Of a stretch of 64,000 bases of DNA, positions 24,851 to 34,296 are shown piece after piece. The stretch lies in contig OZ271918.1 of the NCBI GenBank assembly GCA_965602015.1, forward strand, positions 3,744,001-3,808,000, read 5' to 3'. Numbering within the stretch: position 1 is the stretch's first letter; each line of letters starts with the position of its first letter. The DNA comes from Salinispira sp. (lineage in GTDB: Bacteria; Spirochaetota; Spirochaetia; DSM-27196; Salinispiraceae). A program made the position numbers and the translations under genes. The notes under the pieces were generated by a model that saw only the letters and a program-made list of their open reading frames with translations, did not search any database and had not been told where the DNA came from.

Positions 24851-27415
24851 TTACTTCCGCAGCGTCGCTTCGATGAGGGTATCATCGCCTTCGACGTTGA
24901 GTTCGATGGGGCAGGGCTTCACATTCCAAATATCGTCGGCATACTGGGCAATGGTTCGGTCTGAACTGAACTTGCCGCAGCCGGCGATGTTGTTGATGGC
25001 CATTTCCAGCCACTTTTTCTGGGTCTTGTAAGCCTCGACAATGCGCTGGTGGGCGTCGGCGTAGGACCGCAGGTCCGCCAGGTGCATGTAATTGTCGCCG
25101 TTCTCGAAGAGGGTCTGGCGGATCGGCTCGAAAATACCCGGCTCGCCGAAATTGAAGTATCCGCTGAATAGTAGGTCCAGGGCTTCCTTGATTTCTCCGT
25201 CCTCGAGATAGAACTGGTAGGGATCGTACACCGGCCGAAGCTTTTCAACTTCCTCGGCATCCATTCCGAAGATGAAGATGTTGTCATCTCCCGCTTCTTC
25301 TTTAATCTCGATATTCGCTCCGTCAAGGGTACCGATGGTCAGGGCGCCGTTGGCCATGAACTTCATGTTTCCCGTACCCGAAGCTTCGGTTCCCGCGGTG
25401 GAAATTTGCTCCGACACGTCGGCGGCGGGAATAAGGCGCTCGGCCAAACTCACCCGGTAGTTGCCCAGGAAGTAGACCTGTAGGTACTTGTTCACGTCGG
25501 GGTCGTTGTTGATTACCGTCGAAATATTGTTGATGAGCTTGATGATGAGCTTCGCCATCTGATATCCCGGAGCCGCCTTGCCACCGAAGATAAAGGTTCT
25601 GGGAACCAGATCCTTGGTGTCGCCTTTCTTTATGCGGTTGTAGAGCATAATAATGTGCAGGGCGTTCAGCAGCTGTCGCTTGTACTCGTGGATACGCTTA
25701 ATTTGGATATCGAAGATGTGGCTGGTATCGAGGCTAATCCCGTACTCTTTCTCGACCGCTTCGGCAAGACGCTTCTTTGCATCGAGCTTGACGGCGGCGA
25801 CTTTTTTCTGAAACGCCGCGTCTTTGGCTTTGCCCCGCAGCGCTTCCAATGCCGAAAGATCGGTAATCCACTTGTCGCCCACGGCTTCGTTGAGCAGGGC
25901 GGCGAGGGGAGGATTGGACTTCAGGAGGAAGCGGCGTTGGGTGATGCCGTTGGTCTTGTTGTTAAAGCGCTCCGGCCACATATCAGCGAAATCCGGAACG
26001 AGTCGGGCTTTGAGCAGCTCGGTGTGAAGGGCGGCGACCCCGTTAACCGAGTGTGAACCGACGATGGCCAGGTAGGCCATGCGGATCATTTTGGGCTCTC
26101 CTTCCTGAATGATGCTCATGGCCCGCAGTTTTTCCGAATCTCCGGGGAATTTTACGGCGACTTTGCTGAGGAAGCGGTGGTTGATTTCGAAAATAATCTG
26201 GAGGTGACGGGGAAGCAGTTTTTCAAACATGGGTACCGACCACTTTTCCAGTGCCTCGGGCATGAGGGTGTGGTTGGTGTAACCCATGGTGTTTACCGTA
26301 ATATCCCAGGCCTTGTCCCAGTCCAGATGCTCTTCGTCGATGAGGATGCGCATCAGTTCGGCAACAGCCACCGAGGGGTGGGTGTCGTTGAGCTGAATGG
26401 CTGCCATCTCGGGCAGCTTGCTCCAGGCTTTGCCGGACTTTTTGAACCGGCGAATAATGTCCGCCAGGGAACAGGCGACGAAGAAGTACTGCTGCTTGAG
26501 ACGGAGTTCCTTTCCGAGGTAGAGGGTATCATTGGGGTAGAGAACCTTGGTGAGGTTTTCCGCCTGCACCCGGTCGGCCACCGCTTCGGCGTAATCGCCG
26601 GCATTAAAGTCGTAAAAGCTGAATTCTTCGTTGGCCCGGGCGCTCCACAGGCGGAGGGTGTTCACTGTCCGGCCGCCGTAGCCCACGATGGGCTGGTCAT
26701 ATGCCACGCCGATTACCGTGTCCGCATCAATCCATCGGTAGTTGATCCTGCCGCCGTCTTCGGTGGCAACCACCCGCCCGCCGAACTTGACGTCTACCGA
26801 GATGTCCGGCCGCTCGATTTCCCAGGGGTTTCCGTTGCGAAGCCAGTCGTCGGGGTGTTCAACCTGGAAACCGTTTTCAATGCCCTGACGGAAAATGCCG
26901 TAGTCGTAGCGAAGTCCGTAGCCGAAGGCCGGAAGATCCAGAGTGGCCATGGAATCGATGAAACAGGCGGCAAGGCGTCCCAGACCCCCGTTGCCCAGTC
27001 CCATGTCAGTTTCCTGGTCGCGAAGTTCTTCGAAGTCATATCCGAGTTCTTCCAGGGCCTGTCGAACGGCGCCTTCTATTCCGGCGTTGATGACGTTGTT
27101 GCCCATGGCCCGTCCCATGAGGAATTCCAGGGACAGGTAATAGACCCGCTTGACGTCCTGTTTGTGGTGGGTCCGCTGGGTCTGGAGCCACTGGTTTATG
27201 AGCCGGTCCCGGACCGCATGGGCGAGAGCCATGTATCGGTCGTGCTCGGTGGCGGAATAGCTGTCCACACCCATGGTGTATTTCAGGTTCTCAGCGAAAT
27301 CCCACTTGACGGTTTCGGCGCTTAATCCGCTGCGGATATTCTCCGGTGCGGAGCTGCTTACCTTTTTTGCGGTGGTTTTCTTTGCTGAAGAAGGGGTACT
27401 GCTTTGCTTGGCCAT
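24851..27415 (-). CDS. glgP: Glycogen/starch phosphorylase
   Basis: YYLSLEFLMGR, GLGNGGLGRLAAC, QLNDTHP, KRIHEYKRQ, EASGTGNMK (PLP lysine); AAGGAG SD. Confidence 0.97.
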   Translation of the reverse strand: MAKQSSTPSSAKKTTAKKVSSSAPENIRSGLSAETVKWDFAENLKYTMGVDSYSATEHDRYMALAHAVRDRLINQWLQTQRTHHKQDVKRVYYLSLEFLMGRAMGNNVINAGIEGAVRQALEELGYDFEELRDQETDMGLGNGGLGRLAACFIDSMATLDLPAFGYGLRYDYGIFRQGIENGFQVEHPDDWLRNGNPWEIERPDISVDVKFGGRVVATEDGGRINYRWIDADTVIGVAYDQPIVGYGGRTVNTLRLWSARANEEFSFYDFNAGDYAEAVADRVQAENLTKVLYPNDTLYLGKELRLKQQYFFVACSLADIIRRFKKSGKAWSKLPEMAAIQLNDTHPSVAVAELMRILIDEEHLDWDKAWDITVNTMGYTNHTLMPEALEKWSVPMFEKLLPRHLQIIFEINHRFLSKVAVKFPGDSEKLRAMSIIQEGEPKMIRMAYLAIVGSHSVNGVAALHTELLKARLVPDFADMWPERFNNKTNGITQRRFLLKSNPPLAALLNEAVGDKWITDLSALEALRGKAKDAAFQKKVAAVKLDAKKRLAEAVEKEYGISLDTSHIFDIQIKRIHEYKRQLLNALHIIMLYNRIKKGDTKDLVPRTFIFGGKAAPGYQMAKLIIKLINNISTVINNDPDVNKYLQVYFLGNYRVSLAERLIPAADVSEQISTAGTEASGTGNMKFMANGALTIGTLDGANIEIKEEAGDDNIFIFGMDAEEVEKLRPVYDPYQFYLEDGEIKEALDLLFSGYFNFGEPGIFEPIRQTLFENGDNYMHLADLRSYADAHQRIVEAYKTQKKWLEMAINNIAGCGKFSSDRTIAQYADDIWNVKPCPIELNVEGDDTLIEATLRK

Positions 27416-27594
27416 ATATACTCCTTTTGCGGCTTCGGCGGACTGTCCCTGAAAAGCACTGTACAGGTAGCGGGAATCCGGCCTCTGATATGGATGCCCC
27501 ATACTAATAAAACCGGTTTACCGCTGTCAAGCTAAGCCGCCGGGGGCACAATGGGGGCTGGAAACACGGGCGCCTGTCGGACTACACTTGAATA

Positions 27595-28689
27595 GTGGAA
27601 GAGAAACGCACGCCGATACAGGGTCCGCTGATCATCGGCCTACACGATGACGGCGTGGCTATACATCTCCAGAACAGGCAAAAAGTCGGCAAGGTGAGGA
27701 TGTTCGACGGCCTGGAAATCTACGGCTATGAAATACCCTCCGCCGATGCCCGTCAGCTCCAGCAGATGGCGGTAAACGGTTTTATGAGCCGCACGGAGTT
27801 CAGTACCGACAATATCTCCCGGGACCGCAAGAATCTTATCGACATCACCAAGTTGCTTACATACGGCATGCTCTACCGACAGTTCGACGCCCGTATTTGG
27901 GACATCATCATGGAATCCGGCATGACCACCATGTGGAACCGCCAGTTTCCGAAGGTTTCCATCGGCTTCGGCATGAACGTGCGGAACGCCGGCATCATGG
28001 CGGTCATCAAAAAAAACGAAGCGGCAATAACGGCCTTCAAGCAGGGCCTGCTCAAATCTATACAGCAAAAGGTCGTCAACAACCCTAATACCCTTGATGA
28101 CGAAAAGCGCAAGAAAATGTACCTGGCAATCCGCTATCTGAATATGGTCGATCCGGTGGTCTGGCTCCTGCTGACGGTATACCGCGAGCATCCCGAAGCC
28201 CAAATGCTGCTGGAGGAACTGCGGACAAGCCTTGGGGTCTATCTCGACCGCTCCGATAGCCCCGAATATCTTGCGCTTATGCTCATCGAGATGATCATAA
28301 TCGTCGGGGGAATAATGTCCGAAGGGGGCGGCGCGGCTGAGGCCGCCCTGGGCCATCAGTCGGTACGAATATCCATGGATTTCTCTGCTAAAAAACGGGA
28401 GAAGGGCGAGAGGACCAAGATGCGCATCCTCATCGCCCGCAATGAGCAGGACTTCGAATCGCTGCGCGACAGGGTCGACTCGAAGTCGAATATCAACCTC
28501 AAGGAAAAAAGTCTCGACAACTTCTTCGCTATGGGAATAGGTTCGGAAATGCAAAACAAGGACCTCGGACTGTACTACCTGTCGTATCTTAAGGATGCCT
28601 GTAAAAAAATGAATATCAGCTTTGAATCCTTCGTCAACTATATCCCCAGCAGCCGGCAGAGCATGATGAATCTTATTTTGACGTTTTAA
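27595..28689 (+). CDS. Hypothetical protein (possible degenerate HATPase-like C-terminus)
   Basis: 364-aa ORF with host-like codon usage, followed by a terminator. Confidence 0.75.
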   Translation: MEEKRTPIQGPLIIGLHDDGVAIHLQNRQKVGKVRMFDGLEIYGYEIPSADARQLQQMAVNGFMSRTEFSTDNISRDRKNLIDITKLLTYGMLYRQFDARIWDIIMESGMTTMWNRQFPKVSIGFGMNVRNAGIMAVIKKNEAAITAFKQGLLKSIQQKVVNNPNTLDDEKRKKMYLAIRYLNMVDPVVWLLLTVYREHPEAQMLLEELRTSLGVYLDRSDSPEYLALMLIEMIIIVGGIMSEGGGAAEAALGHQSVRISMDFSAKKREKGERTKMRILIARNEQDFESLRDRVDSKSNINLKEKSLDNFFAMGIGSEMQNKDLGLYYLSYLKDACKKMNISFESFVNYIPSSRQSMMNLILTF

Positions 28690-28763
28690 TCCGCTTCTCC
28701 CTGCGTAATCCGACGGCGGCCGATCCGCGCGGGTATTTGTTCTTATCTTCGCCCTCAATACAT

Positions 28764-28794
28764 AAAAAAACCGCAGCGATGTGCTGCGGTTTTT
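28764..28794. terminator. Bidirectional intrinsic terminator
   Basis: A7-ccgcagc-gatgt-gctgcgg-T5 between convergent genes. Confidence 0.8.
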
Positions 28795-28897
28795 GGATCT
28801 CGCGGGAGTGCTGCCGGTAATTGGCCAGCGACCCGGGCGCCTGGCGGTCTGCGGCCGCGGCAAAAGTGCCGGGCTGCCGAAGCGCGGCCTTACGGCG

Positions 28898-29431
28898 TCA
28901 CACTTCCAGGCGCTTCTTCTCGAAATGCTTACCGACGGCGACGGCGTTGCGCTTCTCGTTATAGACCATGCCCTGGTCCCAGTATTCCATGGCGGCGAAC
29001 AGGGCGTTTCCCCCGTCGTGTTCGTCGCTGCGGTCGGTGCGGAAGCTGACAAAATTGTCCAGCTCATCGAAATTCCGCTCCTGAAGACACTTGATCCGCT
29101 GGCGGTTGAATTCATTCCACTTGTCGAGGTTCTTGAATCCCTCGCCCTCGTCTTCGACGATGAGCCGGGCTTCGTTGGTGGAGAAAGAGAACCACACGTG
29201 AATGCTCTTGCTGGGGTCGTTGCGGTTTCCATGCTTTACGGCGTTCTTGAGAAGCTCGGATATCTGCTGTTCCAGCAGGTTGATCTCGTGGATTTCCGGC
29301 GGAGCCTTTTGCACCACCACCAGGGCGAAGTAGCGGATCTGCCGCTGGTCCGAGGCGAACTTCTTGTAGAACATGTTGGTCTTGTCAAAAAGCTTGTGAT
29401 TTTCGTCGACGATTAACTGCTTGGCTTCCAT
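28898..29431 (-). CDS. Anti-sigma factor / Ser kinase, RsbW-like HATPase_c
   Basis: SELLKNAVKHGN, IVEDEGEGF; adjacent to STAS and SpoIIE genes. Confidence 0.85.
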   Translation of the reverse strand: MEAKQLIVDENHKLFDKTNMFYKKFASDQRQIRYFALVVVQKAPPEIHEINLLEQQISELLKNAVKHGNRNDPSKSIHVWFSFSTNEARLIVEDEGEGFKNLDKWNEFNRQRIKCLQERNFDELDNFVSFRTDRSDEHDGGNALFAAMEYWDQGMVYNEKRNAVAVGKHFEKKRLEV

Positions 29432-29433
29432 GA

Positions 29434-29778
29434 TTACTCCGCTGCTCCGAGTTGTTCGAGGGCTTCTTCCTGGGTGCGTACGATGGGGAAATAGTCGTCC
29501 AACTTCGTCAGTTCGATGACTTTCTTAACTGATCCGTGGATATTGGTAAAAAGGATCTTGATTTCCCGCTTTTTCGACTCCTTGAAAATGTTCAAGAGGG
29601 CGCCGATGCCCGAACTGTCGATATAGGTGACGTCCTGGAAATTCAGTACGATTCTTTTGTGGGAGGATTCGAATATCTTATTAAAATATAATTTTAACTT
29701 ATTCGCGTGAAACAGATCGATTTCTTCCTGCAATTCAACAAGAAGGATGCCGTTCTTATTCTTGAGTTTTACTTCCAC
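29434..29778 (-). CDS. STAS-domain anti-sigma factor antagonist (RsbV-like)
   Basis: VTYIDSSGIGAL phosphoacceptor motif; AAGGAG SD. Confidence 0.93.
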   Translation of the reverse strand: MEVKLKNKNGILLVELQEEIDLFHANKLKLYFNKIFESSHKRIVLNFQDVTYIDSSGIGALLNIFKESKKREIKILFTNIHGSVKKVIELTKLDDYFPIVRTQEEALEQLGAAE

Positions 29779-29874
29779 GTATAGCTCCTTGGTTTAATTA
29801 CATTGCTATTATAAACGAAAATCCGGCCTTTGTCTGAGAGAATTTAACAGAATTGCCGGTCCGCTGATGCCCCG

Positions 29875-31821
29875 TTAGGCCTTCATGACGATGAGGGTTT
29901 GGTCGTCATGTTGTTTCGCCGAGCCGACGAAGGCGTCGATGTCGTCCCTTATGGCCTGGAGAATATCGCTGGAAGAGCGCTGGGCGTTGTTCACGAAAAT
30001 TGTCTGGAGCCGATCCTCTTCGTACTGTTCTCCCTGGGGGTTCATCGCTTCGATAATTCCGTCGGTGTAGAGCATTATGGCGTCGCCGGGCATGAGCCGG
30101 GTATGCTTGCGCTCATACTTCGCGTCGCGCTCCAACCCGATGGGCAAGCCCTGCGAGTCGATTTTTTCGATTCTCCCGTCTTCCGCTCGTAGAATTACCA
30201 GCGGGTGATGGGCGGCGTTTGAGTATTCCAGTTCATTGGTATTGGGGTCGAAGGTAATGTAGCTCAGGGTGGCAAATCGCTCGATATCGATACGGCCGGC
30301 GATACCCCGGTTTATCCAGCGTACCACCTTCGAGGCGTCGTTAGTCGATCCGGCGACCAGGTGAATAATGGTCCGAATCATGACCATGATCAGCGAAGCC
30401 GGCACTCCCTTTCCGGCGACGTCGCAAATTACCATGGCGAGCTTCCCGGAACGGTTAAGGGTGATAATATCGTAATAGTCTCCCGAGACACCCTTGGCGG
30501 GTTGGCTCCAGGCGGACACCATGTCCCTGATTCTCCGGGGCATCCTGCCGGGCAGGAGTTTTTTCTGAATTTCACCGGCGATGTTTACTTCCCGTTCAAT
30601 TTCCTGCTTCTCCAAAAGTTGGGAATAGCTGTACAGCGAGTCCAGGGTCAGCGAGGCGTACTCGACGAACACCTTACAGCGCTCGAAGTCCAGTTCGCTG
30701 AACAGTTGCCGTTTTGTCCGATGGATAACCGATACGATTCCGAACACCTCGCCGTTTACCACCAGTGGAATGGCGATGAGCGAGGAAATGAACATGGTGT
30801 TTTCTTTTATGTTGGCCAGCATCCGGCCGTCGTCCACAGTATTACGGATGTATACCGGCTCGTTCTGCAGAGCGGCTTCGCCGATTACCGTTTCGCCCAG
30901 CTTTATCGGCGTGTTTTCAAAATAGGTTTCCACCGATGCAATTTTGGTGGCTACGATTTGGGGGAGTTCGTAGGGTGGGGGGAAGTATCCCTCGCGGCAG
31001 GTAAGCTTGAGGGTTTCGTCTTCCGTATCCCTCAGCAGCACGATGCCCGCCTCGGCGTCGGTGTACTGAACGATGGCCTGCATGACGTATTCAAGAACCG
31101 CCTTTACCTCAATCCTCTCGGTCATTGCGGTACCAATGGTCTGCATAAAGTCGAACAGGGAGTTGAGGTACTGGCTGTTGAACTCCTCATTGTCTACCTG
31201 CAGGCTGTAATAATATCTATCGTACTGAAACATGAAGTAAATGGGCGGCACCAGGGTCAGGGGAATGAGAATGTACTCCGCAAAGACCGTCGTCAGGGCC
31301 GCATCGAACAGCAGGGCCACTCTGGCCATCATGAGCAGAACGAATATCATCACCCGGTTCTGGATGACAAAGCCACCCTGGTCGGTGTTGTACTCCGATA
31401 CGTCGTTCATCAGGAAGAAGAACAGGGCAATCATGACCGAAAGGTGGAGATTGAGGGCGATGAGTATAAGGGTGAGGCTGGGAAAAAACTCCCAGAGCAC
31501 CAGCAGCGGAATGGTCACCGCCAGGATGAGAATGGTATAGGTGATGGTGGTTTTCCGGTGTTTTGAGTAGCTGTGAAGCCACCAGAGGTAAATCACCAGA
31601 ATTACCGCGTCGGTGAGGTAGTAGATGCTCGGGGTAAAATAAAGAGCCGCGACGATTTCCCGCACAATGATGAGCAGGGGGATGCGCTTCAGCACGTTGA
31701 TAAACGGGATCTCGTATTTGAGGGAGATCTGATTGGTCATCGCCAACAGGACCGCGGCGATTATTATTCTGAGCCACTCGGGCCCCGAGAGGAATTCACT
31801 TAAAAATGGTATAACTTGCAT
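29875..31821 (-). CDS. Membrane GAF + SpoIIE/PP2C phosphatase (RsbU-like)
   Basis: N-terminal TM helices, GAF, IQKKLLP, VSGDYYD, DVAGKG, YTDGIIEA, DDQT. Confidence 0.93.
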   Translation of the reverse strand: MQVIPFLSEFLSGPEWLRIIIAAVLLAMTNQISLKYEIPFINVLKRIPLLIIVREIVAALYFTPSIYYLTDAVILVIYLWWLHSYSKHRKTTITYTILILAVTIPLLVLWEFFPSLTLILIALNLHLSVMIALFFFLMNDVSEYNTDQGGFVIQNRVMIFVLLMMARVALLFDAALTTVFAEYILIPLTLVPPIYFMFQYDRYYYSLQVDNEEFNSQYLNSLFDFMQTIGTAMTERIEVKAVLEYVMQAIVQYTDAEAGIVLLRDTEDETLKLTCREGYFPPPYELPQIVATKIASVETYFENTPIKLGETVIGEAALQNEPVYIRNTVDDGRMLANIKENTMFISSLIAIPLVVNGEVFGIVSVIHRTKRQLFSELDFERCKVFVEYASLTLDSLYSYSQLLEKQEIEREVNIAGEIQKKLLPGRMPRRIRDMVSAWSQPAKGVSGDYYDIITLNRSGKLAMVICDVAGKGVPASLIMVMIRTIIHLVAGSTNDASKVVRWINRGIAGRIDIERFATLSYITFDPNTNELEYSNAAHHPLVILRAEDGRIEKIDSQGLPIGLERDAKYERKHTRLMPGDAIMLYTDGIIEAMNPQGEQYEEDRLQTIFVNNAQRSSSDILQAIRDDIDAFVGSAKQHDDQTLIVMKA

Positions 31822-31955
31822 GTTTTTCCCTGTGCGCAGCTGGTCGCGACGGATTTTTACCTTTATATGATCGGAATTATACCGTGAGAATTAAGTGTGC
31901 ACAAGAAAATGAAGACCATGAGCCGCCCGCAGGTCTTGCAGGCGGCGCGAAGGTC

Positions 31956-33275
31956 TTAGCGGCAGCCGTCTTCTTCACCGACAATGCCGAAGTTCAGCAA
32001 TGCGGTACGTAGTTTCTGTTCGAGGATATCGTATGAAAAATACTGCTTCGCCAGGTCGTAGTTTTTATCAACCATGGCCTTGGTTTTTTCCGGGTTGTTG
32101 AGAACCTCGTTAACCTGTTTGACCTCTTTGTCGGTGATGTAGGTATCCATGACAATTGCGTCGAAACCAAGGGGTTCAATGTCCTGCACAAAAATTGAAT
32201 AACGGTTCACCATTAGGGGCTTTCTGAAATAGACCGCTTCGAGAAAGGCGTTGCCGAAGCCCTCGTATGTGGACGGATAGGTGACAAAATCCGCGTGGGG
32301 GTAAATATCCCACAGGCTATACATCTTTTCCCCGTCCTCGTTGGTGCCCCGCTCGGCCCCGACGATATCCGGACGGATAATCAGGTCGATTCCCATGAGA
32401 TTCGCGTAATCCACGATTCTCTCATAGTATTCCTTGCCTTCGTCCTTCGCCTTATGGCTGATCAGCAGCTTGGCCTTGGGATTTTTCATTCGGTTCACCA
32501 GTTCGATAGCGTGTTCGATGCCCTTTCTGGCTACAATTCGCGTCGGCTGGAGGATGAGAATATCGTCATCGGCGACGCCGATCGCCTTGCGGAAATCCGC
32601 GTTGTACTCGTCAATTTCCGGAGGGGTGGTGTGGTAGTCGTGCACATTGGGCACCACGATGGAGCTGAGGCCCCGCCGGTAGCTCAGGGATTTTCGGGCC
32701 TCGGTGTTAATAACTACATGAACCATGCTGTGCATCTTTGGGGGAAACGCCATGGAAATGTACTCGGGTATGCTGTTGACCAGAAAGCGGGTCCGCTCCC
32801 AGTAAAAGTCGTGATGGTGGCCGATGCTGGGGATTCCGGTTTCGGCGACAACCTCGGTAACCGCCAGGCCCAGCGGTATGTTCATGGGGATGGCCAGGGC
32901 GTTCTCGATGATGAGAATATGGATATCAAAACGCCGCAAAAATTCGTAAATCTGTACCTTCAGCAGCCGGCGCAGGTAGTGAATCTGCCCGGTGAGCGAT
33001 TCATCGCGCTTCGTGGTTCCAAAGACTCTGCGCTGAACTTCGGCGACCTCCGGATGCTCCCAAAATGCCTCCGGGGCCACCATGGTTCTCTCGGGATCCC
33101 AGTCGCTCTGACCGGCGAAAAAGAAGGTGTCGAATCCCATTTCCTCGAGAACGTGAATCCATTTCTCCGTCTCGAGGCTTACACCGTCGGTCCCCTGAAA
33201 CCTGGTGGAAATAAAGCCGATGTTCCGCACCTCGCCCTGCAATCCGCGTACATACATTCTGGCCTCCTTGGTCAT
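31956..33275 (-). CDS. GT4 glycosyltransferase, mannosylglucosylglycerate synthase (MggS)-like
   Basis: DGVSLETEKW, HHHDFYWER, HVVINT, LQPTRIVARKGIE, ADFVTYPSTYEGFGN match recalled Thermotoga MggS motifs; context with gpgS. Confidence 0.8.
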   Translation of the reverse strand: MTKEARMYVRGLQGEVRNIGFISTRFQGTDGVSLETEKWIHVLEEMGFDTFFFAGQSDWDPERTMVAPEAFWEHPEVAEVQRRVFGTTKRDESLTGQIHYLRRLLKVQIYEFLRRFDIHILIIENALAIPMNIPLGLAVTEVVAETGIPSIGHHHDFYWERTRFLVNSIPEYISMAFPPKMHSMVHVVINTEARKSLSYRRGLSSIVVPNVHDYHTTPPEIDEYNADFRKAIGVADDDILILQPTRIVARKGIEHAIELVNRMKNPKAKLLISHKAKDEGKEYYERIVDYANLMGIDLIIRPDIVGAERGTNEDGEKMYSLWDIYPHADFVTYPSTYEGFGNAFLEAVYFRKPLMVNRYSIFVQDIEPLGFDAIVMDTYITDKEVKQVNEVLNNPEKTKAMVDKNYDLAKQYFSYDILEQKLRTALLNFGIVGEEDGCR

Positions 33276-33306
33276 GTCATCTCCGGCGCGGCTGAGTTAA
33301 ACGCCT

Positions 33307-34275
33307 TTACCTGTCTGTGGAAATAAGCCGGCAGATATCTTCCAGTGTATTGAACAAATAGTCGGCCTGCAAATTCTTACAACGGGGGTCGTCCCGGCGG
33401 GTCCGGCAACTGCGCTGATCCCCGGCAAATAATCCGGTCTGGAACCCGACCCGGGAAGCGGCCCACACGTCTTTGAGCATGTCGTTGCCGACGTACAGGC
33501 AGAGTTCGGGGGGTATTCGGCGCACTGCGTGGCCCGGATGCTGCAGCGTATCCAGTTTTTGCGCCAGTTCTTCATAGAGAAAGAGCGACGGCTTTCCGTG
33601 CCCCGTCCGATAGCTAAATATCATGAGGTCAGGATGAAAGCCCAGCTGCAGAAGGCTCTTGCCGAGGAAGGCGTCGAACATCGACGGAGTGTAGAATTGG
33701 GCGTTGGAGACGATGCCCATGGGCAGACCTGAAGCCGCGGCACAGGCAATGAGCGCTTCCAGGCCCGGCATTGGGGCCACGGGGTTCACCAGGCTTTCGT
33801 ACTCCGCGGCGAAGAGAGAAACATCCTCTTCGCCCAAATGACTCAGTTCCTGCAGCGACGACCACATTGCCCGGATATCGACCTCGGGATATTCGATGCC
33901 CCGTCTGCGCGAGTTCTCGTGGTCCTCCAGAACTGCCTGCTTCATGGCGGAGCTGATTTCCCCGGGAGCCGCATCGATGTCATACTCGTCGAGCAGATGC
34001 TGCAGCCGGTACTCCCGGGAACTGGTATCTTCGCCGAGGCTGATGTCTCCGCTGGCGGACATCACCAGGGTTCCGTAAATGTCGAAAACCAGAGCCTCGA
34101 TGGGGCCAGCCGGCAGGTCCCGGGCAAGGCCGTGTGATCCGCCTCCGCCGGCCTCGGGAAGCCGATAGCGGGCTGCGGCGTTGAGATCTTCGGTCACCGG
34201 GATGGGCTCAAGGGTAACCGCATTGCTCAAGAATATGTCCCGTACCTGTTCGTATAATTGAGGAGCTTCGTACAT
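33307..34275 (-). CDS. HAD-superfamily hydrolase
   Basis: FDIYGTL, IVSNAQ, KP, YVGNDMLKD motifs. Confidence 0.88.
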   Translation of the reverse strand: MYEAPQLYEQVRDIFLSNAVTLEPIPVTEDLNAAARYRLPEAGGGGSHGLARDLPAGPIEALVFDIYGTLVMSASGDISLGEDTSSREYRLQHLLDEYDIDAAPGEISSAMKQAVLEDHENSRRRGIEYPEVDIRAMWSSLQELSHLGEEDVSLFAAEYESLVNPVAPMPGLEALIACAAASGLPMGIVSNAQFYTPSMFDAFLGKSLLQLGFHPDLMIFSYRTGHGKPSLFLYEELAQKLDTLQHPGHAVRRIPPELCLYVGNDMLKDVWAASRVGFQTGLFAGDQRSCRTRRDDPRCKNLQADYLFNTLEDICRLISTDR

Positions 34276-34296
34276 GCCCGTCTCCTTTTGTTGTAG

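Noticed and set aside
27640..29416. 530-aa minus and 211-aa plus ORFs
   Set aside because: They overlap better-supported genes and cross a bidirectional terminator.
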